A stretch of 64,000 nt of DNA. Origin: Okamejei kenojei. Lineage: Eukaryota. Under the pieces are notes generated by a model. It had not been told where the DNA came from. It did not search any database and worked only from the letters and a program-made list of their open reading frames with translations. Position numbers and translations under genes: made by a program. The stretch covers positions 52,700,001 through 52,764,000 of the forward strand of contig CM069145.1 in assembly GCA_035221665.1 (NCBI GenBank), in the 5' to 3' direction. This document shows positions 1 through 10,493 of this stretch, piece after piece. Positions within the stretch are counted from its first letter, which is position 1. Each line of letters begins with the position of its first letter.

Positions 1-59
1 GCTCTGGTCGGACACGGTGACATCAGAAACAATATTATGGATATCATTCAAATTGGTTA

Positions 60-500
60 ATTCAGCTGCGGGCCCACCTCAAGGTGAGGGCGGCGGCAAG
101 AGGCCCTCGCTGAGCGTCCGCCCGGCCCGGCCTGGCCAGGCGGTCTGGTCTGACCTGACAGGCTCTCTCCCTCCCGCCCGTCCGCCCGGCGCAGTGATAT
201 CCGCCACCCCCCACCCCCGGAGAAGCGGCCCTCTGTTCCAGCCGATGCCCAACCGACCTGAGCGCTTGTATTCTGCCGACAAAGGGGCGCCCGACGCGGC
301 CGTTCTCCGGGAGGTGAGGACAAGCAGGGATGGCGGTTCCGGCTCCGGCTCCTCACCTGGGCCTAAAGCGAGAAGGGAGGGGGGGAAATGCGCATGGTTG
401 CCCGGCCCCGGCCCGCTTCCGTGTCCTCCTCCTTCCACACAACGTACGGGCAACACCAAACCCTCTCCGTGGTTCCGACAACTCGTCAGAGAGTTGAGTT
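60..500 (-). promoter_or_regulatory. CpG/GC-rich patch; candidate promoter and non-coding first exon of a gene transcribed leftward (possibly ATAD1 by synteny)
   Basis: High CpG density against an AT-rich background. Minus-strand donor CCAG|GTGAGG at 357/356 and an NRF1-like TGCGCATG at ~389. ORFs here are GC-rich noise. Gene identity rests only on conserved ATAD1-PTEN head-to-head synteny. Confidence 0.4.
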
Positions 501-559
501 GAGTGAGTCTAAAGAAGGGTGCCGACCACCCCCCACCCACCAACCACAAAGGTCGCCAG

Positions 560-1800
560 TCAATGTCCTCCAGAGATGCTGCCTGAGTTGCTCCACCACT
601 TTGAGTCGTTTCTTTTGTAAACCAACATCTTAATCTAAATTAAGGAGAAACAAGGAGCTGCAGAAGTTGCTTTACCAAAAAAAAAAGATACAAAGTGCTG
701 GAGTAACTCAACCTATCCATGTTCTCCATCCAGAGATGCTGCCTGACCTGCTGAGTTGCTCCAGCACTTGTGTCTTTTTTTTTGTAAACCAGCCTCTAAG
801 TTAAGGAGTAAATGTAGAAACAAGGAAATACAAATGATGGTTTACCCCCCCCCCCCTCCCCAAAAAAAATAAAGTGCTGGAGCAACCTGTTGAGTTGCTC
901 CAGCACTTTGTGTATTATTTTGTAAACCAGCCTCTAAGTTAAGGAGTAAATGTAGAAACAAGGAAATACAAATGATGGTTTACCCCCCCTCCCCCCAAAA
1001 AATAAAGTGCTGGAGCAACCTGTTGAGTTGCTCCAGCACTTTGTGTATTCTTTTGTAAACCAGCATCTAAGTTAAGGAGTAAATGGAGAAACAAGGAACT
1101 GCAGATGTTGCTTTACCTAAAAAAAAAGATACAAAGTGCTGGAGTAACTCAACCTATCTATGTTCTCCATCCAGAGATGCTGCCTGACCTGCTGAGTTGC
1201 TCCAGCACTTTGTGTCTTTTATTTTGTAAACCAGCATCTAAGTTAAGGAGTAAATGGAGAAACAAGGAACTGCAGATGTTGCTTTATCAAAAAAAAAGAT
1301 ACAAAGTGCTGGAGTAACTCAACCTATCCATGTTCTCCATAGATGCTGCCTGACCCGCTGAGTTACTCCAGCATTTTAAATATTTTTTTGTAATCAAGCA
1401 TCCATGTTAAAGAGTAATGCAGAAACTAGGAAATGCAAATTTAGGAAAAACTAAAAGCTAGTTTATAGAAATAAAACACAAAGAACTGGACTAACTCAGC
1501 AGGTCAGGCAGCATCTCTGGAGAATATGGATAGGTGGCACAAACTGCCAAACCTGCTGAATCACTCCATCACTTTGTGACATTTTCTTTGTAAACCAGCA
1601 TCTATTGCAGGGAGTAGATTGAGAAACAGGAAACTGCAGATGCTGGTTTACCAAAACCAAAGACAAAGTGTTGGAGTAACTCAGCAGGTCAGGCAACATC
1701 TCTGGAGAACATGGATAGGTGGCACAAAGTTATCCATGTTCTCTAGAGATGCTGCCTGGCCCGCTGTGTTGCTCCTGCACTTTGTGTCCTTTTTTCTGCA
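560..1800. repeat. Tandem array of ~135-180 bp palindromic units derived from the Penelope-associated terminal repeat
   Basis: Repeated unit GAAACAAGGAACTGCAGATG...AAAGTGCTGGAG(T/C)AAC...GTTGCTCCAGCACTTTGTG...GTAAACCAGCATCT with spacer AAGTTAAGGAGTAAATG. About 7-8 units; 781-917 and 918-1050 are near-identical. Confidence 0.8.
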
Positions 1801-2670
1801 TTTAAGTCTGTTGTTACTTAAGTTCCCAAGTGCTGGTTTTGATTCCTGTAAATAAACTAAGACCCATGGAAGAATGGTTTGCAGGAGGTCAATATCTTAT
1901 TTTGTCTTTTTTTCCTTCTTTCTAGATTTGTGATAGATTATAGAAAATATATTCCATGGAAGGTGTTCATACTTATGCAGGCATTAGCTTAACTTTGCTG
2001 TTAACAATTGCTCATTTACTATTCATCCTGGGGCAACATCTGGGGAATTTAAAGTCAGGCAATTCAACAAGCCTACAATGATATGCAGGTTCCATTAAAG
2101 TTAGACATGAAACTAATGGGTGGTTGTAATATTTAATCTATTTCACCAATATTCATTAGTTAGTTTAGTTTATTGTCATGTGTACAGTGAAAAGTTTTTT
2201 TGTTGTGTGCAGCCAGTGGAAAGACTATACAAGTTTATAATCGAGCTGTCCACAGCATGCAGATAAAGGGAATGACAATTAGTGCAAGCTAGTGAAGTAT
2301 AACTGGCATCTTTTAATGGTCTTTGTCTCTGTTTCCTCTGTGACCCCTAATCTGCCAGTCTCGTCTGGTCGACTTTGAAATTGCATGACAAATCATTCAG
2401 TTTAATGTGGTCATACAGCAAGGAAGCAAGCCCTTCGACCCAACTCGTCCAAAGAGAATTAAAGCTATTAAATAACAATAAAACTACCAGTTTGATGCAA
2501 AAATCCAACAGTAATATTGTTCAGGGAAGGAAGTTGATTATCCTTACCCAGTCTGGCCTATATGTGACTCAAGACCATTAATGTCTTACAGTTATACAGC
2601 ATGAAAACAGGCCCTTCAACACAACTCTCCATGCCGACCAAGAGCCGCCATTTAAACAAAGGCTTAAAAG

Positions 2671-2716
2671 GCTTCTCGGCCTTTTGGCTAAGATCAAGTG
2701 TAGTATCTGTTCTTAT
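2671..2716 (+). pseudogene. RNU2: U2 snRNA 5' fragment (nt 4-49), followed by a second copy of U2 nt 37-52 at 2729-2744
   Basis: GCTTCTCGGCCTTTTGGCTAAGATCAAGTGTAGTATCTGTTCTTAT matches vertebrate U2 as I recall it, including the branch-point recognition sequence GTAGTA (2700-2705). The rest of U2 (Sm site, 3' stems) is absent. Confidence 0.93.
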
Positions 2717-2878
2717 TGTGAAAGAGACTATCTGTTCTTATCAGAACAGTTCTGGCGGTTCCTTGGGGACAAGGGCCGTGGATTGCGGAGCGAAATCGTT
2801 GAGGAGTCGGTCGGCTGCAGGCTTAGAGGTGGATCCATGCTGGTTGGGAAACCAACCTAACACCTTATTTCAGCCACA

Positions 2879-4518
2879 ATGTCAGCAGGAGCAGGAGCAG
2901 GAGCAGGAGTGCAGGGTATTCGGAATACCCTGCGAATAAGCGTCAAGGACCTCAGCAAGGGGAACCCCTTCTCACGAGACCTGTTCGTGAAGAAGGTCTT
3001 GCTAGAGGCCTGCAAATTCGAGGCCAAGGACATCTACTGCCTCCAGGATTTTCCGGGTAACGGATATTTTGATGTTACCTTCAAGTATCCAACGGGATGG
3101 CAGAAGGTGATGGAAGTCTTCCGGGAGAGGGGAAATGAAGCTCCGCTGTCGCTGCTGAAAGTGCAGCCGCTCTTCACCCTCCCCACCCAGAAGGAAAGGT
3201 TCATTACGGTTCACATGTTTAACCCACATGTGCCCGTAGTGGATGTCCTCACCTTCCTTGCTCGTTACGTTGAGGGAACAGGAAACTGTGTGGACGTCAA
3301 GGACATGCACGGGATTTGGACCAGCAAGCGGCAAGTCAAGGTAAAGCTGAGGGTGGACAAGGATGGAGAAATCGTCCACCCCCCCTCGGTTTTCGCGATT
3401 GGAGGAAACCAAGGGTACTTGAGCTATGTAGGGCAACCCAGGCTGTGCAGGAAATGCAACAAGCCTGGGCATGTGATGGCCCAATGCACTGCAGTTGTCT
3501 GCAAAAACTGCAAGATGGAGGGCCATGAGACAAAGGACTGTCAGGCCAGCAAGAACTGCAACCTGTGCGGGGAGGCAGGTCACCTTTACAGGGCTTGCCC
3601 TAAAAGAGCCTGCACCTACGCACAGGCAACAAGAGGAGCTGCTGCCAGCACCCCAAAGGGGGGTGAGGCACCCCCCACCACTGCCAAGACCCCAGCAGAA
3701 AGAGGGAACACGGACGAGGACAGCCCGACCACCTCGAGGCCCCAAGTGCCAGAAGGAGACGCCCAGCATCCTGCCCAGGAGGGAGAGTCGATGGAGGAGG
3801 GGGAACAGCAGGAGAAATGGACAATGGTGAAGTATAAGAAGAGGGGTCAGCCCAAAGAGCCAAGGCCGGAAAAGAGTGGTAAGTCCAAAAGAAAATCACA
3901 AAAAAGGTGTCTTTCTCTTACAGAAGGCAGCAACCTCTCCTCCTCGTCGGAGGATGAGGCGACCGGGAAGTCCCAACGAGGGAAGCAGAGGAAGAAAACG
4001 GGGGAGGAAAAGGAGACCGAGAGCAGAGAAGTGGCCGAGGGGCTCCAGCCCCAGGACATCGGGAGCAGCGCAGTGGTTGAGGGGCTCCAGGCCCCGGAGA
4101 CAGGAATCATCACAACGGCAAGTGGACCCCAGCTCCAGGGGACTGGGAGCAGTGCAACGGCCGATGGGCCCCAGCTCCGGGCGACCGGGAGCATTGCAGT
4201 GGCCGATGGGCCACAGCTCCGGGCGACCGGGAGCATTGCAGCGGCCCATGGGCCCCAGCTCCGGGCGACCGGGAGCAGCGCAGAGGCCATTGGGCCCCAG
4301 CTCCGGGCGACCGGGAGCAGCGCAGAGGCCATTGGGCCCAGCTACAGAAGACAAAGGAAGCGGCATGCCCAAAAGGGGGTGGAACGAGAAGGCCCCCCGC
4401 AACGACAACTTTGGTTACGCCACCTGATACTCACCTCACCGTTGGATTCCTGAGCCCAGGAAAGCTGAGGCAATTCACCGAAACGGTGGGGATGATGGGA
4501 CATGGAAATGGCCAGTGA
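2879..4518 (+). CDS. Tx1 ORF1p, ZCCHC3-like nucleic-acid-binding protein with three CCHC zinc knuckles; probable 1-nt deletion near 4338
   Basis: ATG in GCCACAATG context; knuckles CRKCNKPGHVMAQC, CKNCKMEGHETKDC, CNLCGEAGHLYRAC. The track ORF stops at 4453. Restoring one C in GGGCCC(C)AG keeps the GPQL repeat phase and reads to TGA 4516-4518, just before the ORF2 ATG. Confidence 0.85.
4124..4345 (+). repeat. 39-bp coding minisatellite in ORF1 (13-aa unit GPQLRATGS...), about 5.5 copies
   Basis: Repeated GGGCCCCAGCTCCGGGCGACCGGGAGCA... seen directly. Confidence 0.9.
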
Positions 4519-4529
4519 CTCTAAAGACA

Positions 4530-7500
4530 ATGGAGCTCAAACTGGCATCTTTAAAACGTGCGCAGTATAAAGAGCACTGCGCGATGTGTTAATGCCTTAC
4601 AGTACCTGGCCAAGGTCAAGGCAGATGTGACTTTTCTTCAGGAGTGCGGGCTGCCACACCTCCGCTGCTATCGGAGGTGGTCGCGATGGTGGCCCCACGG
4701 ACTGTCTGTGTGGTCGGGGGGAAATGACTGTCGTGCTTCCGGCCTGGGGATTTTGCTACGGGGAGGGAACTTCACCATCACTGAGGTCAAGGAAGTGGTT
4801 GGAGGGCGTCTCCTCGTGGTGGATGTTATGTACCGTGGCTCTCCGCTCCGGCTGATAAATGTGTATGCCTCACCCACGCAGAGCGAGCGGCTGGCCGTTC
4901 TCCAGCAGCTCCCAGTGCTGCTGGCCACGTCCCGGCAGCTCGTTCTGGCCGGTGACTTCAACTGCATCATTGATGCGGCTGGACGATCCGGCAGTGCCGA
5001 CAGCAGACTGGACAGCACGTCCAAGTTTCTGATGGAGATGGTAAAAGACGCAAAGCTGCGTGACGCCTTCAGCGACCCTGCAGGCGGGTCCCAGCCGCAG
5101 TTCACTTGGTCGAGATCGGACGGTTTAGCCCGATCCCGGATAGACTTCGTCTTCACGACGAAGGCCGTCACGGTGAGACACACTGACCTCACGCCAGTGT
5201 TCTTCTCCGACCACTGCCTACTTCAGGCTTCCTGTCACCTACGGGAGGACCGGAAGGCAGGCAGAGGGACGTGGAAGTTAAACACGAAACTGTTGACCCC
5301 AGAGAATGTCGAGGAGCTAAAGAGGGACTACGCATGTTGGAGAACGGTGAAGCCCCTCTTTGACTCCCCCACACTCTGGTGGGAAGCAACCAAGGAGAAC
5401 ATTAAGAGGTTCTTCATAATTAAAGGGGTTCAGAGAGCAAGACAGAGTCAGAGGGAATTGTGCCAACTCCAGACAGATTTGCAGCAACTGCTCCTTCTGC
5501 AGTCGAGCGGGGTGGATGTGAGGGAGGAACTTAGAGAGTTGAAGGACCGGCAAGCTCAGCTCTTCACCTCTGAATCCTCCAAGATCATCTTCCGATCTAG
5601 GGTCCGCCATGTGGAGCAGGATGAGACGTGCTCACGTTTCTTCTTCCATAAGGTTCACAGGGGGAGCTCTGTGATGAACAGCCTTAGGGAGGAGGACGGC
5701 ACGGTAGCATCCTCACACACAGACATGCTGAGGATCTGCAAATCCTTTTACACAGATTTGTATGACCAAAAGACCACAGACAGTACCTCCTCCCAGAACT
5801 TCCTGTCCTCAATCACGGAGGTCTTGGAGGACAGCAAGCGGGAGAGTCTGGACCAACCACTGACCCTAGAGGAGCTGACTGGCTCCATCCGTTCCTTTGA
5901 CTCGAATAAAACTCCCGGAAGCGATGGCTTACCGGCTGAGTTGTATTTGGCTCTGTGGGACTGGATGGGCCCGGACCTGCTAGAAGTGTACAACAACATG
6001 CTTCTGGCTGGTAGCATGTCAGACTCCATGAGGAAGGGCAACATCACCCTAATCTACAAGCAGAAGGGGGAGATGAAGGACATAAAGAATTGGAGACCCA
6101 TAACACTCTTGAATGTGGACTACAAGATCCTGTCCAAGGCCATCGCCAACCGGGTCAAGTCTGCTCTGGGACAGGTGATCCACCCGGACCAAACCTGTGC
6201 TGTACCTGGCAGGAAAATCACAGACAGCCTAGCGCTGCTGAGAGATACCATCGCCTACGTGCAGGACAGACGGGTGGATGCCTGCCTAGTCAGCTTGGAC
6301 CAGGAGAAGGCCTTCGACAGGATTTCGCACACGTACATGAGGGACGTGCTCTCCAAAATGGGTTTTGGGGAGGGAATCAGAAATTGGATCAAACTGCTCT
6401 ACACCAACATCCGTAGTGCAGTCCAAATCAATGGGTGGGAATCAGACAGTTTCCCTGTAAGGTCTGGAGTTAGGCAGGGTTGCCCTCTCTCTCCTGTCTT
6501 GTTTGTCTGCTGTATTGAACCTTTTGCTGAATCCATCAGGAAGGATGCTGGCATAAGAGGAGTGACATTGCCAGGCAGTGGGGGCATTCAAGTAAAGACC
6601 TCCCTGTACATGGACGATGTCGCTGTCTTCTGCTCGGATCCAGGGTCGGTTCGCAGACTGATTAGTATCTGCGACCAGTTTGAGTCGGCCACGGGAGCCA
6701 GGGTGAACCGCAAGAAGAGCGAGGCCATGCTCTTTGGCAACTGGCCCGACAGATCTTCCGTCCCCTTCACCATCAAGCCTGACTTCTTGAAGGTGCTGGG
6801 GATCTGGTTCGGGGGGGCTGAGGCATGTAACAAAAATTGGCTGGAGCGGATAGCCAGGGTGGGGAGGAAGCTGGAGCTGTGGAGGCAACGCTCCCTCTCC
6901 ATAACGGGAAATAATTTGGTCATCAGGTGTGAGGTGCTCTCGGGGCTGCTGTACTTGGCACAAGTGTGGCCTGTCCCTCCCTCATACGCCACAGGGATCA
7001 CCCGGGCCATCTTCCAATTCATCTGGGGGTCGAGGATGGACCGGGTGCGACGGGCTACAATGTACAAGTCGGCAGACAACGGGGGTAAAAGCGTGCCCAA
7101 CGTCGCCCTCATTCTGATGGCCACCTTCGTGTGTGGCTGCATCAGACGGATTGTAGAGCCAAGGCACGTGGGCACCAAGTGTCACTACCTGCTGAGGTTC
7201 TACCTGTCCCCGGTGTTGAGAAGGATGGGCCTGGCGCAGGTGCCACGCAATGTGCCAGTCAGCTGGACATTGCCGCCCCATCTGTCGTCGGTGGAAGGGT
7301 TCTTCCGGACCAACACCTTTGACCACATGTCCATCGGGCAGTGGTCAGCACAGAATGTCCTGCAGGCACTGCAGGGAAAGGACTCTATGGACCCGGTGGC
7401 GTGGTTCCCTGAGCAGACTGCCCAGCTTGTCTGGCAAAATGCCTCATCGCCAGAACTCACCAACAAGCACCAAGACCTGGCTTGGCTGGCGGTGAGGGGA

Positions 7501-7938
7501 GCCCTCCCAGTCAGATCCTTCCTGCACCGTCGGAACCTCACTGCCAGCGCACGCTGCCCTCGGGACGGCTGCTATGGCGAGGAGACGGTTGCCCACCTCT
7601 TCACAGAGTGTGGGTTTGCTAAAGGAGTCTGGAGAAAAATGCAAGGGTCCCTGGTACGCTTTATCCCGAACAGCTCCGTCACAGAGGACTCTGTGATTTA
7701 CGGACTGTTCCCAGGGACACATTCAGAGACTGACATCGAGTGCTGCTGGAGGGTCATCAACTCGGTAAAAGACGCCCTTTGGTCTGCCCGAGCATTGTTC
7801 ACCACCCAGCAGAGCGAGATGTCCATCAGGGAATGTTGCCGACTGGCCCGCTGCAGACTGCAGGAGTACGTGCTGAGGGATGCACTGAAGCTCGGTGCAG
7901 CCAACGCCAAGGCTCGGTGGGGGAGGGCCACAGTCTAA
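4530..7938 (+). CDS. Tx1 ORF2p: APE endonuclease, reverse transcriptase and C-terminal zf-RVT; extra A near 4553-4556 separates the ATG from the 1126-aa frame
   Basis: EN motifs FLQE, GDFN, RIDF, SDH; RT motifs WRPITLLNVDYK, LDQEKAFD, GVRQGCPLSP, YMDD; C-terminal CPRDGC...HLFTEC. ATG 4530 reads MELKLASL and removing one A gives the canonical ...SLNVRSIK start. Confidence 0.93.
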
Positions 7939-8869
7939 GGCCCTTCCGCTGCTGGACATGGGGGGTACAGTATTGTGGAGACGCCCCTCAATATAAGGGA
8001 AGGTATCCCACGCCATTGTGGCACGAGTGGGGGACTGATTTGTGGAAATTTGGGGGAAAGAAATGTCTAAACTGTATTGATCTATTGTACAGCCTCCGAA
8101 AATGTCGGATGGATTTTCCGCAAGGTTAATGTATTGTATATATTTATCATTCGAATAAAGTATATTTTGAAATTTAAAAAAAAAAAAAAAAATTTAAACA
8201 AAATCCATTTGCCTGCATTTGGCTCATAATCCTCTAAACGATTCCTATCCATGTACCTATCCAAGTGCCTCAACTCCCTCCTCTAGTCTCTTACCAGATA
8301 CCCACCATTCTTTGGGTGAAAAACGTTCCCCTTGGGTTCCTATTAAATCTTTTCCCCCCTCACCTTAAACCTCCGTACTCTGGTTCTTGATTCCACTACT
8401 CTGGGTAAAAGACTGTGCATCTACGCTATCTATTCCCCTCTCATCCTCCTGCTCTCTAAGGAATAAAGTCATAGTCTGCCCAATTTCTCCCTATAGCACA
8501 GGCCTTAAAGTATTGACAACATGCTTATAAATCTTCTCTGTCACTCTTTCCAGTATAAACAATATCTTTCCTATAGCAGAGTGATGAAAACTGTGCTCAA
8601 TACTCCAGATGAGGCCTCACCAACATCTTGTACCACACAATATTTTTGGATAATAGTTACTTTCCCTTTTTAGTTCAGGTTAGCAGATGTACAGCATTCG
8701 CCAACTTGTTCAATAGTTAGTTTAGTTTATTGCCGGTAACACTGATACCAGGAAGGGATACAGTAGGTTTTCCTGTTTCTGCAGGTCACTGCGATGATTG
8801 TGGAATTTTTTTATTTCCAAAAAATTGATTTTATTAAAATTTGCAAATGTACAAATCATTCACCTGTTA

Positions 8870-9125
8870 GTCATACAGTGTGGAAACAAACCCTTCAGCC
8901 CAACTTGCCTACACCGACCAACAAGTCCCAGCTGCACTAGTCCCACCTGCTCACGTATGGTCCATATCCCTCCAAACATGTACTGGTTTCTTAAAAGTTG
9001 GGATAGTCCCTGCCTCAACTACCTCCTCTGGCAGCTTGTTCCATACACTCACCACCCTTTGTGGGAAAAAGTTATCCCTCAGATTCCTATTACATTTTTT
9101 CCCCTTTCAACTTAAAAGTTCTCCC
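8870..9125 (-). mobile_element. CR1-type LINE 3' tail fragment
   Basis: GGAAACAAACCCTTCAGCCCAAC...CCTGCCTCAACTACCTCCTCTGGCAGCTTGTTCC, similar to other CR1 tails in the window. Confidence 0.65.
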
Positions 9126-9208
9126 TTCACTGTACATGACACATTACCTTTACATTATATCTACATGGCGTATTTTCAGAAACATTCCAAGGTTGTGTTT
9201 TTAAAGAG

Positions 9209-9622
9209 TTAAAGAAGGAACTGCAGATGCTGGAGAATCGAGGGTACACAAAAGGCTGGAGAAACTCAGCGGGTGCAGCAGCATCTAAAGGCGACGTTTC
9301 GGGTCGAGACCCTTCTTCAGACTGGTCAGGGATCAGGGAAACAAGAGATATAGATGGTGATGTGAAGAGATAGAGAACAATGAATGAAAGATATGCAAAA
9401 AAGTATCGATGATAAAGGGAACAAGCCATTGTAAGCTGTTTGTGGTGTGAAAATGTGAAGCTAGTGCGACTAGGGTGGGGGAGGGAGATAGAGAGAAAGG
9501 GAATGCCAGGGCCCGAGGGCTGAGGGAGAGGTGGGAAGGGGAGGAGACAGCAAGGGTTAACAGAATTGAGAAAATTCAATGTTCAAGCCCAAAGGATGCA
9601 GACTCCCCAAGTGGAATATGAG
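9209..9622 (-). mobile_element. Penelope-like element, 5'-truncated (end of GIY-YIG ORF plus pLTR with hammerhead motif)
   Basis: 14-bp TSD GTGTTTTTAAAGAG (9195-9208 and 9623-9636). Near-identical to part of 18542-19105. Confidence 0.8.
9291..9322 (-). ncRNA. Minimal type I hammerhead ribozyme motif
   Basis: Minus strand reads GT-CTGAAGA-A-GGGT-CTCG-ACCC-GAA-ACGT-C-GC: CUGANGA and GAAA core, 4-bp stem II, palindromic ACGU helix III and GUC cleavage triplet. This architecture is known from Penelope-like elements. Confidence 0.7.
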
Positions 9623-10493
9623 GTGTTTTTAAAGAGATTATTTTCCAGCCCCTAGTGGTCGTAAAAAGCATTGCCAAGACCTGGCTCATTAAATAATGGC
9701 TCAGATTTTCCAGTTGTAATTATGCTGAAAGTGCCAGCGTTCACTGTCATCTCACTGTGAAACTAACACTTAGCAAGTTTTGGAGTACAATCGTGCAAAT
9801 ATTGAAATCTAGAAATTGCTGTCAGTGACTTCCTTTCCCTCCACAGACCATTTTATTTTTACACGTTGTCCAACACAACCAAGAAAAAAACAATAATTTA
9901 ACAAAAAACTATTCAAGCTAATTGCCAATTTTGCTGCCTGTAAAATATGCTGTACTTTTTTTTGTAATAAGTGTGAGCCAGCTTTACATGATGAACTCAT
10001 ACATAATTACTCCTTTGTAAATTCTCTCGCCCCAAAAATAAACGTTGTGGTTTGTACTTCTCTGACAAATAATTTCACTCTGACATAATTTCTCTTTTTA
10101 ACGCAAATTTCAATACAATTAAATCGTGCATTGAGTGCTTTTGTTAAGTTTGATATTTCAGTTACTTCCATCTCATGTATATTCCAATTATTTGTACATG
10201 GTTTGTAAAATATTTACACTATTAACTTAAACCTGTAAATATATGGAACTGCAGTTCTGGTTTGCAATAAAGAAACCCAAACTGCTGGAGTAACTCAACA
10301 GATCAGGCAGCATCTCTGCAGAACTTGGAGAAGGGTCCCGACCTGAAACATTTCCTATTAATGTTCTCCAGAGATGCTGCATGACCTGCTGAGTTACACC
10401 AGCACTTTTATGCCTTTTAAAAAATATAAATGTGCCTGTTTTTCTTCCTGTACATTTTGTGTCATAGGTTGCTGACTCAATTGGGGGACATCG

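Larger units (their letters stand above)
2661..8191 (+). mobile_element. Near full-length Tx1-clade (L1 superfamily) non-LTR retrotransposon, Keno-like, with U2 snRNA-derived 5' head
   Basis: Two ORFs (CCHC gag-like ORF1; APE-RT-zf ORF2), AATAAA at 8154-8159, poly(A) ~8176-8191, and an 11-bp TSD ATTTAAACAAA at 2650-2660 and 8192-8202. Confidence 0.93.
2590..8630 (-). mobile_element. Old CR1-type LINE 3' fragment split in two (2590-2660 and 8192-8630) by the Tx1 insertion
   Basis: ACAGCATGAAAACAGGCCCTTC...ATGCCGACCAAG on the left continues as ATCCATTTGCCTGCATTTGGCTCAT...CCTATCCATGTACC on the right. It resembles the intact tail copies at 8870-9125 and 26420-26845. Confidence 0.7.

Noticed and set aside
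560-1800. CRISPR-like repeat/spacer array
   Set aside because: The context is eukaryotic, the spacers are not unique, the units derive from a dispersed retroelement terminus, and there are no cas genes.
2671-2750. Functional U2 snRNA gene
   Set aside because: Only nt 4-49 plus a 16-nt duplicate are present. There is no Sm site or 3' stems, and it lies inside the retrotransposon TSD.
2879-4453. Host ZCCHC3 gene
   Set aside because: It is followed by an EN-RT ORF2, poly(A) and TSD, so it is the retrotransposon ORF1.
3002-7931. Antisense and alternative-frame ORFs overlapping the Tx1 ORFs
   Set aside because: Expected shadow ORFs of GC-rich coding sequence and the 39-bp repeat; no independent motifs.
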